A stretch of DNA of 59,828 nucleotides, counting the filler. It is 4 parts of 4 records of this genome, joined end to end, with 100 filler letters (N's around TTAATTAATTAA, not from the genome) between each part and the next. Parts side by side here need not be neighbours in the genome. Positions count along the whole stretch, not along the records: positions 1 to 30,607 come from SRR2962707_3099; positions 30,708 to 45,157 come from SRR2962707_3102; 2 more parts are not named here. One strand, 5' to 3'. The notes under the pieces were generated by a model that saw nothing but the letters and a program-made list of their open reading frames with translations, had not been told where the DNA came from and made no database searches. The translations under genes were made by a program, and so were the position numbers. Shown here one piece after another: positions 29,027 to 39,228 of this stretch. The number at the start of each line of letters is the position of its first letter. Position 1 is the first letter of the stretch.

Positions 29027-30607
29027 ATGGCCGTAGATCCGAACAAGCAGACTTCGCTGCATTGCCTTTATTACTGGGCAGAGCATGCTCCCGACAACGT
29101 TTTTTTGACCCAGCCATACCCCGACGGGCGCGTTGAAGATATTACCTGGCGTGAAGCCGCCGACCAGGTGTCGCGCATGGCCGCTCACCTGAACACGCTG
29201 GGGTTGCCTCAGCGAAGCAATATCGGGATTCTGGGCAAAAACAGCGCCCACTGGATTCTGTCCGATCTGGCCATCTGGGCAGCAGGGCACGTCAGCGTGC
29301 CGCTCTATCCAACTCTGAATGGCGAGACCGCAGCCTATATTCTGGACCACAGTGAAGCTCAGATGCTGTTTCTCGGCAAACTCGATGGCACGGCCGATGG
29401 CTGGCATGACATCAAGGGCCATATTCCCGAGCAATTACCGATTATCTCGCTGCCGCTATCGCCTCGGGACGACACGCCCAAATGGCAGGACATTATCGCC
29501 GAACAGTCCCCGGCGATACCGAAACTGCCCGATCCCGATGATCTGGCCACCATTGTTTACACCTCTGGCAGCACCGGGCGGCCGAAAGGCGTGATGCACA
29601 GCTTCCGGACCATGATCTCGGTTGCTGACGGGCTGCAGCAGCTATTCCCCGTATCGGCCAGCGAACGTATGTTGTCCTATCTGCCCCTGGCCCATGTGGC
29701 CGAACGGGCGGCGGTGGAGACCCAGTCACTGTATTACGGTTTCCATCTGTACTTTGCCAACTCGCTGGATACCTTTCAGGAGGATCTGCAGCGGGCCCGG
29801 CCAACCCTGTTTTTCTCGGTGCCTCGCCTGTGGATGAAATTCTACCTGGGGGTGAATGCGAAGTTGCCGCCCAAGAAGCAGAAACTGCTGTTCAATATCC
29901 CGATTCTGAACACGCTGGTTAAGAAGAAGGTGCTCAAACAGCTGGGGCTGGATCATTGCCGGGCGGCACTCACCGGTGCGGCTCCGCTCTCGGCAGAGAT
30001 CATCGGCTGGTACCGAAGCCTTGGTCTGGAATTGCTGGAGGTCTACGGCATGTCCGAAAACTTCGGCTATTCCCATGCCAACCGTCCGGGCCAGGCCAAG
30101 GTGGGCACCGTTGGTATGGCCAACCCGGGCGTTGAGCATCGAATCGGGGAAGGAGGCGAGGTTCAGGTGAGGAGCCCGGGCCAGATGCTCGGTTATTACA
30201 AGAACAAGGAAAAAACCCGGGAAGACCTGACGGATGACGGTTTTCTCAAAACCGGTGACATGGGTGAAATTGACCGTGATGGATGCCTGCGCATTACCGG
30301 GCGGGTAAAAGACCTGTTCAAAACCTCAAAGGGGAAATACGTGGTGCCGGTGCCTATCGAGAACCGGTTCAATCACCCCAAGGCGGAAGTGGTGTGTGTG
30401 GCGGGTGCCAACCAGCCCCAGCCGTGCCTGATGGTACTGCTCTCCGAGGAGGCCCGCGATGAACTGGAGCGGGGAGGCAGTCGCAGCGAGCTGGAACAAG
30501 AGCTGGCGGAGGAACTGGACTCCGTGAATGCGGAATGTGAGTCCCACGAAAAGGTGGCTTTTGTCGTCGTGGTACGTGAACCCTGGACCATGGAAAACGG
30601 TATGCTC
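29027..30607 (+). CDS. Long-chain fatty acid--CoA ligase / AMP-binding protein (cut at contig end)
   Basis: YTSGSTGRPKGV, YGMSE, TGDMG, RITGRVKDLFK. Confidence 0.93.
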
Positions 30608-30707
30608 NNNNNNNNNNNNNNNNNNNNNNNNNNNNNNNNNNNNNNNNNNNNTTAATTAATTAANNNNNNNNNNNNNNNNNNNNNNNNNNNNNNNNNNNNN
30701 NNNNNNN
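30608..30707. other. Artificial contig linker
   Basis: N44-TTAATTAATTAA-N44; stop codons in all six frames. Confidence 0.98.
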
Positions 30708-30708
30708 T

Positions 30709-30785
30709 CGGAGCGTAGCGCAGCCCGGTAGCGCACTACACTGGGGGTGTAGGGGTCGTGGGTTCAAATCCCGCCGCTCCGACCA
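30709..30785 (+). tRNA. tRNA-Pro (GGG)
   Basis: CGGAGCG/CGCTCCG acceptor stem, anticodon arm CTACA-CTGGGGG-TGTAG, GTTCAAATC T-loop, ACCA end. Confidence 0.97.
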
Positions 30786-30857
30786 AACTTTCGAACTGTC
30801 CGCGCCGTTATAAGTGCTCATAATAACCGCCACGCTTATAGGCTCTATGGACGCAGT

Positions 30858-31847
30858 TTATTGTCCTTCTTGTTTATCTTCCAAGGCAGAATTTTCCCAG
30901 TCAGATACACCATTTTTACAGGGGTGATATAATAATCCCTTCACAGGATAGAGATCTGGGCGCTCAGTGTAATATCCCGGAATAGAAGGACGCCAAACAA
31001 AGGATCCTGGTCCGCGTATCTCGGCATTATTGGGTGATGTATAGATTGTACCGCGCCGACCGGGAGGGCAAAGCCTTCCCGAGCCACCAATTTCCTCTAC
31101 TGAAAAGCGGCCATTTATCGCAATAGTTGGCAACGTAAATTCATAATGTCCTCGCCAGTTTGGATCGCGAAGTGCTTCAACATAGGCGAGAGCAAACCGA
31201 CGCGATAAACGCATGATTGGGTTGAACGAGCGAAAGTGATGCCTTGAGGGAACGTGCTCCGGCGATTTGGCTGCCCTCCAACGATACCAGCGCCTACTTT
31301 CAATATAAGACTTGATTGTTGTGGTCAGGAAATCTGCATGATTGTTGCTAAACTGCGAGAAAAAACTCTCCCAGTGCCCTGCAAATTCCACATCATACTC
31401 CATAACCCAAACGTAGGACGCGCCGGTGGCTAATAGGGAAGGCAAGATTGCGACATCCGCAAATCCACCTTGCACCCCACCGTTTTTTCTCATCTCGTCG
31501 AAACGTAAAGGCATGGAAAGAGCCGGATGCTCAAACTTAATTTCAGTCTGCGGTGTGCCTCCACCTTGTGGATTATACAGTCGATGCCATACAACCAACC
31601 CCTGCGTTTCAGCAACCAGCCGCTGGAAATGTCGCTCGGTTGCTGAATTGGATTTATGATAAAGAAACAGGCCGTGAACCTGTTCGGGCTTTGCCGTTTT
31701 TTTGCTCGACCAGCGTTCTCTTGCTTGCGACCTGGCGTGCCGTCGGATTGACGCTACTGTGATATGATTTGTCAAAAGCGCGTACTGCTTAGCACCAAAA
31801 CGATGCAAATGTTTCCAAACAGAGAATGTTTTCTTTTTTGATGTCAC
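30858..31847 (-). CDS. Hypothetical protein, DUF3405/glycosyltransferase-like
   Basis: YVWVMEYDVEFAGHW resembles the ExD motif of DUF3405-type proteins; start uncertain. Confidence 0.55.
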   Translation of the reverse strand: MTSKKKTFSVWKHLHRFGAKQYALLTNHITVASIRRHARSQARERWSSKKTAKPEQVHGLFLYHKSNSATERHFQRLVAETQGLVVWHRLYNPQGGGTPQTEIKFEHPALSMPLRFDEMRKNGGVQGGFADVAILPSLLATGASYVWVMEYDVEFAGHWESFFSQFSNNHADFLTTTIKSYIESRRWYRWRAAKSPEHVPSRHHFRSFNPIMRLSRRFALAYVEALRDPNWRGHYEFTLPTIAINGRFSVEEIGGSGRLCPPGRRGTIYTSPNNAEIRGPGSFVWRPSIPGYYTERPDLYPVKGLLYHPCKNGVSDWENSALEDKQEGQ

Positions 31848-31988
31848 AGAAGTTCCTTAGCGCTGCGCACCCAAATATACCAGCCAAAGATATTCCTATG
31901 CGCCTACCGCATTCATCGCAAACATATTGAGAATTTAGTCGGATTAAAACGTAACGAACTGCATCGCAGAATACCAAACGTCTTTGAC

Positions 31989-32179
31989 GAAGATCTCTTC
32001 ATTTGCACCCCGCATTAAGGAGGTGATGTCCGACAGAACTGGCGGTTGATACACGATCTACCGAGATTATCGGGCAAGCCACCAAAGTTCACCGTTGCGC
32101 CATTTTTCTTTGCGTCTTCTACGAGTTTAGCAACCCCATCAAACGCAGATTTGTCGATAAGTGGGCCTTGCTTCACGCC
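31989..32179 (-). pseudogene. Frameshifted internal fragment of an aldehyde dehydrogenase (GabD-like)
   Basis: GVKQGPLIDKSAFDGVAKLVEDAKKNGATVNFGG..LGRS, then in a shifted frame YQPPVLSDITSLMRGANEEIF (compare PTVLTDVT..M..ANEEIFGP). Confidence 0.8.
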
Positions 32180-32314
32180 ATTAAAAAGGCGACAGCCATC
32201 GTTGAAAATTACAGAGCTGTTTAAACCAACTATTTCGATATTTAGTTTTGCGCCTAAGTGCCTATAAAGCATACACGATGTATGCCGCTACACGGCTAAA
32301 CTTGGAACAGCGCA

Positions 32315-33946
32315 GTGACGAATAGAACGATCAAGACCTCGCCTTTTGACGGCCAGAAGGCGGGCACAAACGGCATTCGCAAGAAAACCAAGGTTTTCAT
32401 GCAGCCGCATTATCTTGAAAACTATGTCCAATCTATCTTCGATGCGCTTGGCGGTATGCAAGGTAAGGCGCTCGTGCTGGGCGGTGACGGCCGATTTTAT
32501 AACAACCATGCCATTCAAGTGATCCTTAAGATGGCCGCCGCCAACGGTCTTGCAAAAGTCATTGTTGGCCGAGACGGCTTGCTATCAACGCCAAGCGTGT
32601 CTCATCTCATTCGCAAATATAAAGCCGATGGCGGCATTATTTTAAGTGCGAGCCATAACCCAGCAGGACCGGAAGAAGACTTCGGCATCAAGGTAAACAG
32701 CTCAAATGGTGGTTCTGCGCCCGAAAAACTTACTGAAAAAATCTATCAGCTAACGACCAAAATTTCCTCCTATAAAATTGCGTTGATTGATGATGTGGAT
32801 GTGAGTGTACTGGCCACCAAAACGGTCGATGCGATGACAATTGAAGTCATCGATCCGGTCACAGACTATCTGCAGCTTATGGCGCAGCTATTTGACTTTG
32901 ATGCCATTCGCGCGCTTTTCGCATCAGGATTTCAAATGCGATTTGATGCAATGAATGCGGTCACCGGCCCTTATGCCACTATCTTGTTTGAGCAGATGTT
33001 AGGCGCACCATCTGGTACTGTGATTAACGGCGAGCCAAAAGAAGATTTCAACGGCAAAGCGCCTGATCCCAATCAGATTCAATCGAAAGCCCTTATCGAC
33101 CTAATGATGGGCGAAAACGCGCCTGATTTTTGCGCTGCATCAGATGGCGATGGCGACAGGAATATGATTGTTGGTCGCGGTATTTTTATTGAACCATCAG
33201 ATAGCCTCGCTGTGCTAGCCGCAAACGCGCATCTAGTGCCTGCCTACACGTCTGGCTTGACAGGAGTGGCGCGATCAATGCCAACCAGCGCAGCTGTTGA
33301 TCAAGTGGCTCAAAAGCTTGGTATTCCGACCTATGAAACACCGACTGGATGGAAGTTTTTCGGTAACTTGCTCGATGCGGGCAAGGTAACACTGTGCGGG
33401 GAAGAAAGCGCGAGCGCTGGATCCAATCATATTCGCGAAAAAGATGGCCTTTGGGCCGTGTTGTTTTGGCTCAATATTATAGCAGTACGAAAACAGTCAG
33501 TATCTGAAATCATGAATTCTCACTGGGAAGAGTTTGGCCGCAACCACTTTTCACGATTAGATTTTAAAGGCTCGGAAATTTCAAAAGCCAATGACGTTGT
33601 AGAGCATGTTCGCAGGCTTCTTAAATCTCTGCCGTCGAAAAGCTACAAAGGACTAATAGTAAAAGATGCTGATGAATTTAGTTACCTTGATCCTATTGAT
33701 AGTTCAGTCAGTGTCGGGCAGGGGCTTCGGATTTGGTTTGAAGGAAATCGCAGAGCGGTTTTGCGCCTATCGGGAACTGGAACACAAGGCGCAACACTTC
33801 GCATCTACGTCGAACAATATCTCAGTCCTGACAACGCAACGCAGCATTCGACGGAGACTGTTCTAGCACCTTTGGTTGATGCGATATGTGACTTGGGCCA
33901 ATTAGAAAAGTTCCTTGGCCGTGTCGAACCTGATGAACGAATTTAA
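32315..33946 (+). CDS. pgm: Phosphoglucomutase (alpha-D-glucose phosphate-specific type)
   Basis: SASHNP phosphoserine loop, SDGDGDRN metal loop, ETPTGWKFF, RLSGTGT. Confidence 0.93.
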   Translation: MTNRTIKTSPFDGQKAGTNGIRKKTKVFMQPHYLENYVQSIFDALGGMQGKALVLGGDGRFYNNHAIQVILKMAAANGLAKVIVGRDGLLSTPSVSHLIRKYKADGGIILSASHNPAGPEEDFGIKVNSSNGGSAPEKLTEKIYQLTTKISSYKIALIDDVDVSVLATKTVDAMTIEVIDPVTDYLQLMAQLFDFDAIRALFASGFQMRFDAMNAVTGPYATILFEQMLGAPSGTVINGEPKEDFNGKAPDPNQIQSKALIDLMMGENAPDFCAASDGDGDRNMIVGRGIFIEPSDSLAVLAANAHLVPAYTSGLTGVARSMPTSAAVDQVAQKLGIPTYETPTGWKFFGNLLDAGKVTLCGEESASAGSNHIREKDGLWAVLFWLNIIAVRKQSVSEIMNSHWEEFGRNHFSRLDFKGSEISKANDVVEHVRRLLKSLPSKSYKGLIVKDADEFSYLDPIDSSVSVGQGLRIWFEGNRRAVLRLSGTGTQGATLRIYVEQYLSPDNATQHSTETVLAPLVDAICDLGQLEKFLGRVEPDERI

Positions 33947-33996
33947 AGTTAAAATCATTGAAGTGCCTGAGTAGAAAATGATTGGCTCATCTCACT

Positions 33997-34041
33997 AAAA
34001 AATGGCCCGCGCGAATTATAAGTTGTTATTCGCGCAGGCCA
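33997..34041 (-). terminator. Rho-independent terminator of the sulfolactate operon
   Basis: Minus strand GGCCTGCGCGAAT...ATTCGCGCGGGCC followed by ATTTTTT. Confidence 0.7.
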
Positions 34042-34069
34042 AAATCTGTTGGCGATTTAGAACAGAGAC

Positions 34070-36046
34070 TTAGAAGATTGTGCCCATTGGAAGAGGCACA
34101 TCTAAAAGCCAGCGGAAGCCAAAGGTGAATAGAATAATCACCGCGCCAACACCCGCTGCCAACCCAAACCAAGCCCGCGAACTTGTTACTTCATGCTGTG
34201 CCGTTACCAGCAAGACTGCCGCCATTGCCAACCCAGCCAGTGCAAAGCCAAACATAGGGATCAGTGCGACAGCGCCGAGCATAGCGACGGGAACTACGAT
34301 ACGGCGCATGAGAGAGCCTTCTCGTATGACAATCACTTCTTGCTGGTTACGCAAAACATTGACCATACTTATCACAACCATCACAGCCATGCCGATTGCA
34401 ACGGTACGCGGAAATGCGCCAGCTTCCGGATTAAGCTCGCCGGACTGAACAATCACGACTAACGCAACTGCACCAAAGAATGCCAGTGCCACAAGATCAG
34501 CCACGCGAATTGCGAGCGAAGCTGTAGAACCTTGCGAAGGAGTGGCCACTTTTTTCTCTTTGGCAGAGAACATCTTTTTGATCTGCGGCAAGAAAGGATA
34601 GATGAAGCTTAGCGCCGTCAATACAATGATCACCATTGATAATGGGCGACCAAAGAACTGGCCAAATATATTGTCTGTCGCGCTGCCAATGGTCCAGCTT
34701 TGAACAAAACCTTGCTCGGCAATGCTACCCAAAATCAGACCCAAAACGATAGGTGAAACTGAAAAACCACGGCGGTTTGCCAGCCAGCCAACAACACCAA
34801 GCACAACCATGATACCAACGTCAGAAAGGCTGTTGCGGATGGCAAAAGCGCCAATAACGGTCATGAACGCAACGACCGGCACAAGCGCTGCTTTGGGTGC
34901 TTTAACAATTGTGCCGTAAGCAAAGCGACCGATCAATAGACCAACTGGCAACATAAGGATCGTCGCGAGGAACAGGCCAAAGATGAATGTGTAAATCATG
35001 CCAGAGCCATCCGCGAAGAGCGTTGGTCCTGTGCGCACACCTTGCACCAACAAAGCGCCAAGGATAACCGCGTCAGGCGGTGTGCCTGGAATGCCCAACA
35101 CCAGTGTGGGAATAAAACCACCGCCAACGGTGGCGTTATTAGCCGATTCCGTTGCGATGATACCGCCCGGATTGCCTTCGCCATATTTCTCTTTGCCTTT
35201 GCCAACGCGGCGGGCTTCTGAATAGGCGACTAAGCCAGCAATTGAACCACCAGCGCCCGGCAATGCGCCGACCAAGGTTCCGATCACAGAACTGCGGATG
35301 ACATTTACTTTGTTGCGCATCATGGCGCTTATCGCTTCAGGAAAGCGAATGCCGCGACCAGCTTCCGGCGTGTCCAGATGTCGGTCCGCTGTAGCCACGA
35401 GGTCTATGAGAACTGGAACGCAATAAAGCCCAATGAGGGCTGACACAATTTCAACACCGCCAATTAAGGTGGTGGAGCCAAATGTAAAGCGCACTTCTGC
35501 GCTGGTTTCTGAAATCCCGATGGTCGAAACCAACAAGCCAAAGCAGGCGCCAATCATTCCTTTGAAAAAATCGCCGGTTGATAGTGCTGAGATCAAAGAT
35601 AGGCCAAAAATAGCCATCCAAAAATACTCAACAGGACCAAATGCCAATGCAGCCGTTGCTAAGGGTGGGGCCAGTAAAAACAGCGCTAGTGCGCCGACCA
35701 AACCACCAATGACAGAGGCTAAACAGGCAATCGTGACAGCAAGGTCACCGTCACCGCGCTTTGCCATTGGATAGCCGTCAAACGTAGTGCCGATAGCCGA
35801 AGGTGTGCCGGGTGTATTGAGCAAAATCGCTGCATAGGCACCGCCATAAATAGCGCCTGTATAAATAGCACCAAGCAAAATCAATGCACTTTCCGGCGCA
35901 AGCGAAAATGTGATGGGGGTTAAAACCGCGACCGCCATGGTTGCTGTCAAACCGGGAATTGACCCGATAACAGTGCCTGCCGCCACACCCATCAGCGCCA
36001 AAAAAATGTTCATGGGCGAAAAGGCTGAAAGTAATAAGTCGAACAA
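34070..36046 (-). CDS. tctA: Tripartite tricarboxylate transporter permease TctA with C-terminal TctB-like fusion
   Basis: AILLNTPGTPS, DGYPMA, ESANNA, LGIPG; about 150 extra residues with 4-5 TMs ending LLDVPLPMG, typical of a TctB C-terminus. Confidence 0.88.
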   Translation of the reverse strand: MFDLLLSAFSPMNIFLALMGVAAGTVIGSIPGLTATMAVAVLTPITFSLAPESALILLGAIYTGAIYGGAYAAILLNTPGTPSAIGTTFDGYPMAKRGDGDLAVTIACLASVIGGLVGALALFLLAPPLATAALAFGPVEYFWMAIFGLSLISALSTGDFFKGMIGACFGLLVSTIGISETSAEVRFTFGSTTLIGGVEIVSALIGLYCVPVLIDLVATADRHLDTPEAGRGIRFPEAISAMMRNKVNVIRSSVIGTLVGALPGAGGSIAGLVAYSEARRVGKGKEKYGEGNPGGIIATESANNATVGGGFIPTLVLGIPGTPPDAVILGALLVQGVRTGPTLFADGSGMIYTFIFGLFLATILMLPVGLLIGRFAYGTIVKAPKAALVPVVAFMTVIGAFAIRNSLSDVGIMVVLGVVGWLANRRGFSVSPIVLGLILGSIAEQGFVQSWTIGSATDNIFGQFFGRPLSMVIIVLTALSFIYPFLPQIKKMFSAKEKKVATPSQGSTASLAIRVADLVALAFFGAVALVVIVQSGELNPEAGAFPRTVAIGMAVMVVISMVNVLRNQQEVIVIREGSLMRRIVVPVAMLGAVALIPMFGFALAGLAMAAVLLVTAQHEVTSSRAWFGLAAGVGAVIILFTFGFRWLLDVPLPMGTIF

Positions 36047-36213
36047 AATGGTGACTCCACTGCTAATGCAACGCTAGCGATCATCATACCGGTCGCGCTG
36101 CTCAATGATCTTATTTGGAATAATTTTTTGCGAGCAAACACAATTCTCGCATTCTTAAAACGGCTATAAACGCAGCACTATGTTGTTGAACTCAAAGCGC
36201 GCAATTTATGTAA

Positions 36214-36238
36214 CACCGCGGCACAATGTGCCACGGTG
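36214..36238. repeat. Intercistronic hairpin after tctC
   Basis: CACCGCGGCAC-AAT-GTGCCACGGTG. Confidence 0.5.
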
Positions 36239-36251
36239 CGCGTTTAAATGA

Positions 36252-37208
36252 TTACTGAATAATGCCGCTTGTTTTTGCAGCAGATATGTAATCAGCAGAC
36301 TTTTCAGCCATGAATGCGTCCATTTTTTCACCATATGGCACATCAAGCATTGCCATGCCGGCATCAATCATTTTTGCACGGAAGTCTGGGTCAGCATTAA
36401 TCGCACCGATCGCGTCTGAGACCTGCTGGCGGAGCTCTTCGCTTGCGCCTTTTGGCACCGCTATGCCGCGGTATGCGCCAGATACGATATCATAGCCCAA
36501 TTCACGGAATGTTGGGACATCTGGGAACGCTGGATGACGTTCATCCATCGCAACAGCCAACATGCGTACGGTGTCACCCTGTGCAGCGCCGACAGTAGTA
36601 TAGCCCCACTGTGCTTTAACCTGACCGCCAAGCATCGCTGTGGTGGATTCGCCTGTGCCTTTAAATGAAACATAGGTTGTATCAATACCGGCTAAGCCGT
36701 CGAATTTAACCTGTGCTAGATGGTTAGCTGTGCCTTTACCTGAGCCTGAAAATGTCAATGCCCGTGGGTTTGCTTTTGCATCAGCAATAAGGTCATCAAG
36801 CGTTTTGTATGGGCTATCAACAGGGACCACAATCGCATCAGGCGTATAGTGGAAGAAGTACACATTTACGATATCATCTGTTTTAAAGCCAACATTTCCC
36901 TGTTCAGGTTTAATAACGATATGCGGCAAGTTAGTGCCCATGATGACAGAACCGTCTGTGGCCATTGAGTTAAGCTGTGACCAGCCTACAGCGCCGCCGC
37001 CGCCAGGCTTATACGACACGACCAAATTTTCATTATAAAGCTTTTTGAAATATGGCTGTTGGAAACGGGCCGTAACGTCAGATTCTCCACCTGGTCCAAA
37101 TGGGATAATGTAGCTCACAGTACCTTGCGGAAAATCCTGAGCATATGTTGGTGCTGCAACCATCATTGCCGCCGAAGCGACGATTGCCGATAAAAGTGAT
37201 TTAATCAT
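36252..37208 (-). CDS. tctC: TTT substrate-binding protein (TctC/Bug; SlcH-like)
   Basis: Signal peptide, IIPFGPGGESD..AR, KPGGGG, PDVPTFRELG. Confidence 0.92.
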   Translation of the reverse strand: MIKSLLSAIVASAAMMVAAPTYAQDFPQGTVSYIIPFGPGGESDVTARFQQPYFKKLYNENLVVSYKPGGGGAVGWSQLNSMATDGSVIMGTNLPHIVIKPEQGNVGFKTDDIVNVYFFHYTPDAIVVPVDSPYKTLDDLIADAKANPRALTFSGSGKGTANHLAQVKFDGLAGIDTTYVSFKGTGESTTAMLGGQVKAQWGYTTVGAAQGDTVRMLAVAMDERHPAFPDVPTFRELGYDIVSGAYRGIAVPKGASEELRQQVSDAIGAINADPDFRAKMIDAGMAMLDVPYGEKMDAFMAEKSADYISAAKTSGIIQ

Positions 37209-37289
37209 GTTAGTTCCTCCCAAACTATTTGATGAATTGGCATTTTTAGTTGACCGCTCGCAGGCTGCCAGACCTGAAGTGGCTAGTAT

Positions 37290-38303
37290 TTATTCTCCGA
37301 TTATCGCGTTAATTTCTTTGAACAAATGGGGTTGTATCCGAACGCCATCACGCTGCGCATCGGCTCTGATTTGGCCACGTGCCGCACCTGGCAGACGTGT
37401 GCCGTCTTGCGCCATAATCGCACCCAACAAGGCTTCGATGCGGCCGGTAAATCCATGGCCCGCTGTGCGAACTGGATCAAAAGCAATGATCGTTTGTCCA
37501 ACGCCGGGCGCTTCACCTTCAGCTTCAAAAAACGATGATGCCTCATAAGAATGGTTTGCACCGCTGAGCGTTGCTGCAAGTATCTCGACGATGAGCGCAA
37601 GTGCCGCTCCTTTTGCATCGCCTGCAGGTATCATTGTGCCTTTTAATGCAGCCGCCGCATCAGTTGTCGGCGCGCCGTTAATGTCGAGCGCCCAGCCTTC
37701 AGGAATAGGGCGGCCTGCCTTTGAGGCGGCCATAACTTTCCCTCTGGCGACCTTTGAAAGTGACAGATCAATGACGAGAGGCGCTGCATTTTCGCGCGGC
37801 GTAGCAAACGCAATTGGGTTTGTACCAAACAACGGCGCTGAGCCTCCCCAAGGCGCCATTGCGCTTGGCGAATTGGCAACCATTAAGGCAACCAAGCCAT
37901 GCTCAGCAAGGCGCTCCACATGAGCACCTAATTGTCCGCAATGGTGCGAACGAAAAATCGTTGCACCTGCGATACCGGTTTTAGGTGTCAACGCTATAAG
38001 TGCGTCGATCGCTGCATCGATAGCAGGAAACGCAAATCCATTTTGCGCATCAACGGAAAGAAGAGCAGGGGCCACCTGATTAACAACAGGAACGGATTGT
38101 CCTGCCACTTTGCCCGATTTTGCCTGTGCGGCATAAGCAGCGACACGCGAAAAGCCATGACCTGATTGACCGTCAACCTCTGCCGCCACGAGTGCACGTG
38201 CAACGATTGTTGCATTGTCGCTAGAAACATTGCTGGCTTCTAGCGCGCGTTTAACAAGCGTTTGAGCATCACCGATCGGCAGGCATACATCTTCAGCGGA
38301 CAT
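37290..38303 (-). CDS. comC: Ldh_2 family oxidoreductase, probable (2R)-3-sulfolactate dehydrogenase
   Basis: GQSGHG, SHHCG, FGTNPIAF, IPEGWA, GDAKGAAL; suyAB context. Confidence 0.8.
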   Translation of the reverse strand: MSAEDVCLPIGDAQTLVKRALEASNVSSDNATIVARALVAAEVDGQSGHGFSRVAAYAAQAKSGKVAGQSVPVVNQVAPALLSVDAQNGFAFPAIDAAIDALIALTPKTGIAGATIFRSHHCGQLGAHVERLAEHGLVALMVANSPSAMAPWGGSAPLFGTNPIAFATPRENAAPLVIDLSLSKVARGKVMAASKAGRPIPEGWALDINGAPTTDAAAALKGTMIPAGDAKGAALALIVEILAATLSGANHSYEASSFFEAEGEAPGVGQTIIAFDPVRTAGHGFTGRIEALLGAIMAQDGTRLPGAARGQIRADAQRDGVRIQPHLFKEINAIIGE

Positions 38304-39225
38304 CTGCCAGCTCCTTCATAACATTTTCAACAGTGACGCTTGAAACGCGCACATTGCCTTCATCGGTAACGCCCGCGATATGCGGCGTTAAAATGATGTT
38401 TTGAACACCTTCAAAGATTTGCGCAGCTGCGCCGGTAAGCGGCTCGTTTTCAAAAACATCAAGCGCAGCACCGCATAAATGACCTGAATTTAGGGCCGAG
38501 ATAACGGCTTCATCGTCAACAATCCCGCCGCGTGCGGTATTGATCAAAACGCTTCCCTGTCGCATTTGAGTAATTGCATTAGCGTCAATTAGATTGCGCG
38601 TTTCCTGCGTGAGCGGAACATGCAGTGACACAACATCACTTGCACCCAAAAGCGCCTCAATTGTTTCTGCTCTTTGAACACCATTCCAAGCCGCATTATC
38701 TGCCGGCAAGAAAGGGTCATAGGCAGCGATATTCATGCCGAGTGCTGTGGCGCGTGATGCCACCGCTCTGGCAATTTCACCATAACCAATAAGGCCCATC
38801 GTTCTGCCCGAAGCTTCGCCGCCAACCAAACGCTGACGCGGCCATGTCCCAGCACTCATGTCAGATTGTGAGAAATACGAACCTCTGAGCAGCACAAGCG
38901 CCGCCGTGATAACGTATTCAGCAACAGAAAGAGTGTTTGCGCCTGTTGCAGGATGGACTTTAATTCCCCGTGCGGCACAAGCATCCATATCAATATTGTC
39001 GAGGCCAACACCTAAGCGGCCGACAACAATCAGTTGATTAGCTACTGCAAGCAGTTCTTGATCAACCTTAGTTCTATTACGCACAATCAGCGCATCGGCA
39101 TCGGCTACTTCTTTGAGTAGCTGATCTCTGTTGTCGACCAGATCGGTTGAATAAATCACCCGATCCGATGCGTCAAAGCCGGCCAATGCAGCTTCATCCA
39201 TAAATTCCGATATAACGATCTTCAT
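38293..39225 (-). CDS. slcC: D-2-hydroxyacid dehydrogenase, probable (S)-sulfolactate dehydrogenase
   Basis: LIVRNRTKV, GRLGVGLDNID, GLIGYGEI, NTARGG, TPHIAG; suyAB context. Confidence 0.8.
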   Translation of the reverse strand: MKIVISEFMDEAALAGFDASDRVIYSTDLVDNRDQLLKEVADADALIVRNRTKVDQELLAVANQLIVVGRLGVGLDNIDMDACAARGIKVHPATGANTLSVAEYVITAALVLLRGSYFSQSDMSAGTWPRQRLVGGEASGRTMGLIGYGEIARAVASRATALGMNIAAYDPFLPADNAAWNGVQRAETIEALLGASDVVSLHVPLTQETRNLIDANAITQMRQGSVLINTARGGIVDDEAVISALNSGHLCGAALDVFENEPLTGAAAQIFEGVQNIILTPHIAGVTDEGNVRVSSVTVENVMKELADVR

Positions 39226-39228
39226 GGA

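Noticed and set aside
32016-32027. TAAGGAGGTGAT matching the complement of the 16S rRNA 3' end
   Set aside because: No further rRNA similarity; it is antisense coding sequence of the aldehyde-dehydrogenase relic.
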